Below are positions 59,386-64,000 of a stretch of 64,000 bases of DNA, one piece after another (the first letter of the stretch is position 1; each line of letters starts with the position of its first letter). The position numbers and the translations under genes were made by a program. Source of the stretch: Eledone cirrhosa. Lineage: Eukaryota. The DNA is taken from positions 7,910 to 71,909 of the forward strand of contig CAXHJY010001584.1 of NCBI GenBank assembly GCA_964016885.1, written 5' to 3'. The notes under the pieces were generated by a model. It ran no database searches, was not told the DNA's origin, and saw only the letters and a list, made by a program, of their open reading frames with translations.

Positions 59386-59790
59386 TAATAATTGTTTCTA
59401 CTTTTGGCACAAGGCCAGCAATTACCCAGTGTATTACTGGTACTTTATTTTATCGACCCCGTAAGGATGAAAGGCAAAGTTAACCTCGGAATGGCAAGGG
59501 CCGTAACTCTATGCGTCAAAGCATGGCGTCCGACCCTCTACCGATACTGCCAATCCACCGCCTATTTTTTTTAAATAATGAAAACTATTGTGTACAGTGC
59601 TCAGGTGCACATCAGGTGCACATCAAAGGTACATGTATAGTATATAGAATAATTGTTTCTACTTTTGGCACAAGGCCAGCAATTAACCAGTGCATTACTG
59701 GTACTTTCTTTTAAGAAGGATGAAAGGCAAAGTTAACCTCGGCGGGATTTGATCTCTGATCATACAGGCATGGCATCCGACCCTCTAGTA
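59386..59790 (-). mobile_element. Two SINE family A copies
   Basis: Reverse-complement matches at 59386-59562 and 59648-59787. Confidence 0.8.
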
Positions 59791-60077
59791 TAGTATATAG
59801 AATAATGTGCAAATGTCAGGAAAGTAAACAGTGTATCAGTCACGATATACACACATACATACAATTGAAAGTTCTCTATCTTCTTCTTCTTCTTCTTCTT
59901 CTTCTTCTTCTTCTTCTCCTCCTCCTCCTCCCCCTCCTCCTTCTTTCTTCCAGCAGTTTTGGAGATTAGAACTGAAGATATTGAGAATTTTTTACTTTTG
60001 AAAACAGACGCCAACTGTTTTAAATATGTATTTGAGTGTGTATGTGTGTGTTTGTTTGTTTGTGTGTGTGTGTGCGT

Positions 60078-60160
<83 letters not shown>

Positions 60161-60289
60161 CGTGTGTGTTGTCTCTTCTAATTGAGTTTACTTTTGACCA
60201 GTCATCTTCCCAGTGGCAAGGTTGTAAAAAAAAAAGGAAATTTTCATTGTCCCCTGCGCATTCGTTCATGCTTTGAATCATAAAAATGT

Positions 60290-60720
60290 TTTACAGATTT
60301 TAAAGGTTCCAGATATCATGGCCATTTATAGCATATGAATGAAGGAGTATTCTTGCTTCACAAATCCAGGTTCGGTCATACATTGGTCCAAGCAGGCTGG
60401 TATATATCTTGTAGCTTCAATAATAATAGGTATGAAACTGAACATGTGTCTTGTATACTGGATCTGCAAATTCCTCATTAATGGTCCATAGATATCCTCC
60501 TCTTGTATTTTTTTACTACATTTACATCAAGTGAGCAGCTGGCTTTTACAACAGAGAATGGTTTTAGTCTGTTTTTCCAAATAACGATATCAGGCTGGTT
60601 GTTTTTTAATTTGGTGGCAGTTATAATCATTAAGTTTCCCGAATATTCCTTTAAGCCATCAGTCTCAACATATTCCTCCTTATTTGTATTTTCATCTTCC
60701 ATAGTGCATTCCAGATTGTT
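60290..60720 (-). pseudogene. Restriction-like endonuclease relic of an R4/Dong- or R2-group retrotransposon
   Basis: NNQPDIVIWK...SCSLDVNVVKK, then (frameshift) EEDIYGPLMRNLQ...FIPIIIEAT, matching the PD..D..K..Y RLE pattern. Confidence 0.65.
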
Positions 60721-60849
60721 CTAGCTGTCACCATATATGCACATTTATGGAGAGGGAATATCAGGTGTAGTGTTGGCAAATTTTGGGAAGCATGAAAGTT
60801 TTAAAGGATTTTAAAGACCTCATTCCATTTTTACTATTAAAATTTGTCG

Positions 60850-61032
60850 GTTGATTTTCGTCAAATCGCACTGAAGAAACAATGTTTCTGTTGGTCGCAA
60901 CTCCAGGTAGAAGGAGCAACGTGAAATAAAGTGTCTTGCTCAAGGGAATAACACATCGCCAAGCCCAGGAATCAAACTGACAACCCTGCAATTGTGAATC
61001 CAGTTCTCTAACCAATCAGTCACACGCCTTCA
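60850..61032 (-). mobile_element. SINE family B variant
   Basis: Homologous to 41930-42116. Confidence 0.75.
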
Positions 61033-61421
61033 CAATTTTAACTATATATTTGAATAAATATTAGAATATATATTAAAATATATATTAAAGTATATATTAA
61101 AATAAAACTATGTAAAAATTTAGAATATTATAATTGTTATTAAACATGTTTCTTTTTCTTTGTGTTTCACCTCTCTTTTAGAATGCTGGAATTCCAGCAT
61201 TTGTTGCCCTACATTTGTGTATTTTAAAATTTCATAAAATTTCTTGCAGGCCAATGCTGGGGCCCCAAGTATTTTCTAGCTCAATACCTTTAATTGCTAT
61301 AACCTGATCCATATCCTGGGGTAGCTTATATATACCTCTAATTCGTACTCACAAAAATTCAACTAATGGGACAAGCCTGCTGAACTAAAGCTTACCTGGG
61401 GCAAAAGACCATTGCTACCAC

Positions 61422-61466
61422 TCCACCACCACCACCACCACCACCACCACCACCACCACCACAACC

Positions 61467-61538
<72 letters not shown>

Positions 61539-61615
61539 ACAACAGCAACAACAACAACGACGACGACGACGACGACGACGACAACAACAACAACAACAAC
61601 AACAACAACACCACC

Positions 61616-61669
<54 letters not shown>

Positions 61670-61672
61670 AAT
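61422..61672. repeat. (CAC)/(AAC)/(GAC) trinucleotide array
   Basis: Direct reading. Confidence 0.97.
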
Positions 61673-61828
61673 GATGGAGTCTCTAAATATTTTAAGGTCA
61701 TTTTTCCTGCTAAATACAGTGGTTATCATTGTAAAATCCTATGACATGAAAGATGTCATACTCATCATAGGGGTCTTTTGAGATAATGTTTTACAGCTAG
61801 ATGCCCTTCGTGGTGCCAACCCTTTCAG

Positions 61829-61871
<43 letters not shown>

Positions 61872-61874
<3 letters not shown>

Positions 61875-63063
61875 CACCACAGACTTCCACCACAAGGCGA
61901 CCTGCAATGACCTGTTTGTCCACTTCAAGTCTGCTCTTCCTGAGAGCACCAAAAAGGAATACATCACAAACGAGATCAAGTGGATAAAAAACAGATGCAG
62001 TGATCCTGAGCGGTGCCACCCACACCAAGCAATTTCACAGGGTGCTGGAGGCCAACGGGTATCCAACATCTTTCACCAAAAGAATAAGGGACCCCAGGTG
62101 CAGGAGGCAACAAAACATGAGGGATAAAGGCTTCCTCAAGATCCCATACCTGGGCAAAAAAAATACCAGGACTATTCGCAGAGCCATACGGAGGGTCTTG
62201 ACATCCAGTTGGCCCACTCGGTGACCTTCCCTGTGGGGATGCCTTTCCAGGGGGCGTCATGACACCAAAGATGCATGCTCTCAGCAATTGCCCGATATGC
62301 CACACAAACATCATTTACAAGAATGAATGCGACAGGTGCAAGGAATTTTACATTGGCAGCACTTTCAAACCACTGCATTTACGTATTAAAGAGCACGTCA
62401 GCACCGGTGCAATGTCCTTCCAGAAACAGATCGACAAGTGCAGAAACAAGGACAAGACGCTCACTGTCCCAGTGCTAGCAACAGAGCTTAACATTGGCAC
62501 TCTAAGGGTAAAGGAAGCTCTCTGGATAAATCGATTAGAGCCTCCAATAAACAGCAGATCTGAGAGAGGGGGACTATGGTTGGTGTGACTTTGGCTAAGC
62601 CACACAAATACACACCGAGTTACGTTACAGCAGCAATATCTAGAACAACCTTTCGTTTACCCCGCGCGTGCACCGGTCCAACGAATAACCATTAAAAATA
62701 AAAATAAAAAGATTTTCTTAATTTAAAGAAAATGTTGAATTGAATGTACAGCCATGCACAAGTCCACTGAATAACCGTCAATTTTAAATAGAATCATACA
62801 ACCAGTACCAGCAACGTTCAACAACATTTTTATTTTTCTTCGGAAAACCAACCCCGTTGATGGATGCGAATCCGTAATATAGGGACTAATAAATCTTTTT
62901 AAGGTACACAGACTCTGGCAGTCTTCTACTTTTTCCTTTTATTTCATTACGGCTTTTACGTTTATTTACGTTTGTTTTCTTTTTCCTTCTCCTCTTGCCA
63001 CTTGATTTCATTGCCAGAAGATTTACCCATCTGCATTGTAGAGGCTTCCAAATTGACTAGTTT

Positions 63064-63065
<2 letters not shown>
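61872..63065 (+). pseudogene. 5'-truncated Penelope/Poseidon-type PLE (RT thumb + GIY-YIG, frameshifted)
   Basis: TTDFHHKAT..HFKSALP, LEANGYP, LKIPYLG, CHTNIIYKNECDRCKEFYIGSTFKPLHLRIKEH, KEALWINRLEPPIN. (TA)n on the left, TG/TA repeats on the right. Confidence 0.85.
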
Positions 63066-63132
<67 letters not shown>

Positions 63133-63378
63133 TCAAAATATTAACAAAATAGATATTCTTGTGATCAATTATATTTTATTATACATATTTCAGAGGTACT
63201 GAGTTAAGTTCAACAGCACGTCCTCATCAGATAAAATAAGATGATGCATGACATACCCTGACATAGTAGATGGTTAAGATTCAGTCATATTAATAACTCT
63301 GGAAAACCTTTCTGTTGAGTGCTTCCAATCTATTGTATAACTCATTCTTTGATGTATTCATTGAATCTTTTTAACTTT

Positions 63379-63526
<148 letters not shown>

Positions 63527-63546
63527 CAGAGAGAGAGAGAGAGAGA

Positions 63547-63752
63547 GAATAGAAAACGAAAAATTAGTGATGCATCAGAACTCAATTTATTGTGTGTTAC
63601 AATTGTTTCGCCGAGCTGTCCGCCGGCGAAACAATTGTAACACACAATAAATTGAGTTCAGATGCATCACTGATTTTTCATTTTCTATTCTATCATACTC
63701 TGCTCTGTAAGAGCATAGAGTGCTCAACCGGCATACCGCCTATGGAAGCATC
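63547..63752. mobile_element. Fold-back insertion with half-HHR
   Basis: ~67-bp arms (63547-63613 and 63624-63690) containing cGAAAC-aatt-GTA, ~62-bp tail, (AG)n/(TA)n flanks. Confidence 0.75.
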
Positions 63753-64000
63753 TATATATATATACACACTCACATACACACATATAGCACATCTTGTGAG
63801 GTAGTTGGCATTGGAAAGGGCGCACCCAACTGTAGAAACGATGCAAAATACAGAATGTATAAACAAGATAAGGTCACTCTGACCTGTCTGTTCTTTGACT
63901 GTGACATCCCATCCAACACAAGCCAGCATGGAAACTGGACATAAATTGATGATGATGATGAATACACATATTAGATAATGTAGTCTCATATAACCTTATA

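Noticed and set aside
61363-61744. Poly-H/N/L/V ORFs
   Set aside because: Trinucleotide repeat translations.
63195-63240. Minus-strand CTGATGAGGAC motif
   Set aside because: No GAAA-stem III partner at the proper spacing.

Overview
AT-rich animal genomic DNA, saturated with microsatellites. The SINE/RTE/microsatellite landscape suggests a cephalopod such as an octopus, but that is an inference. No host gene is recognisable, and almost all ORFs in the supplied track are translated microsatellites. Conventional content: a DD37D (maT) Tc1/mariner element, RTE LINE relics with their bipartite SINEs, tRNA-derived SINEs, non-autonomous Helitrons, hAT and pogo-like MITEs, and four GIY-YIG Penelope-like element (PLE) relics. 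The main signal is a non-coding, hammerhead-ribozyme (HHR) retroelement system. It includes a 5.3-kb array of about 17 apparently identical 310-bp units (48957-54231), each with a type I HHR, that flips orientation once. About a dozen smaller insertions from several families share one architecture: two divergent arms whose 3' ends abut (TA)n, one arm carrying an extra 'tail'. One of them (13046-14050) has circularly permuted arms. This fits circular-RNA 'retrozymes' copied by rolling-circle reverse transcription from both target strands, probably using PLE enzymes in trans. All alignments and folds were done by eye.
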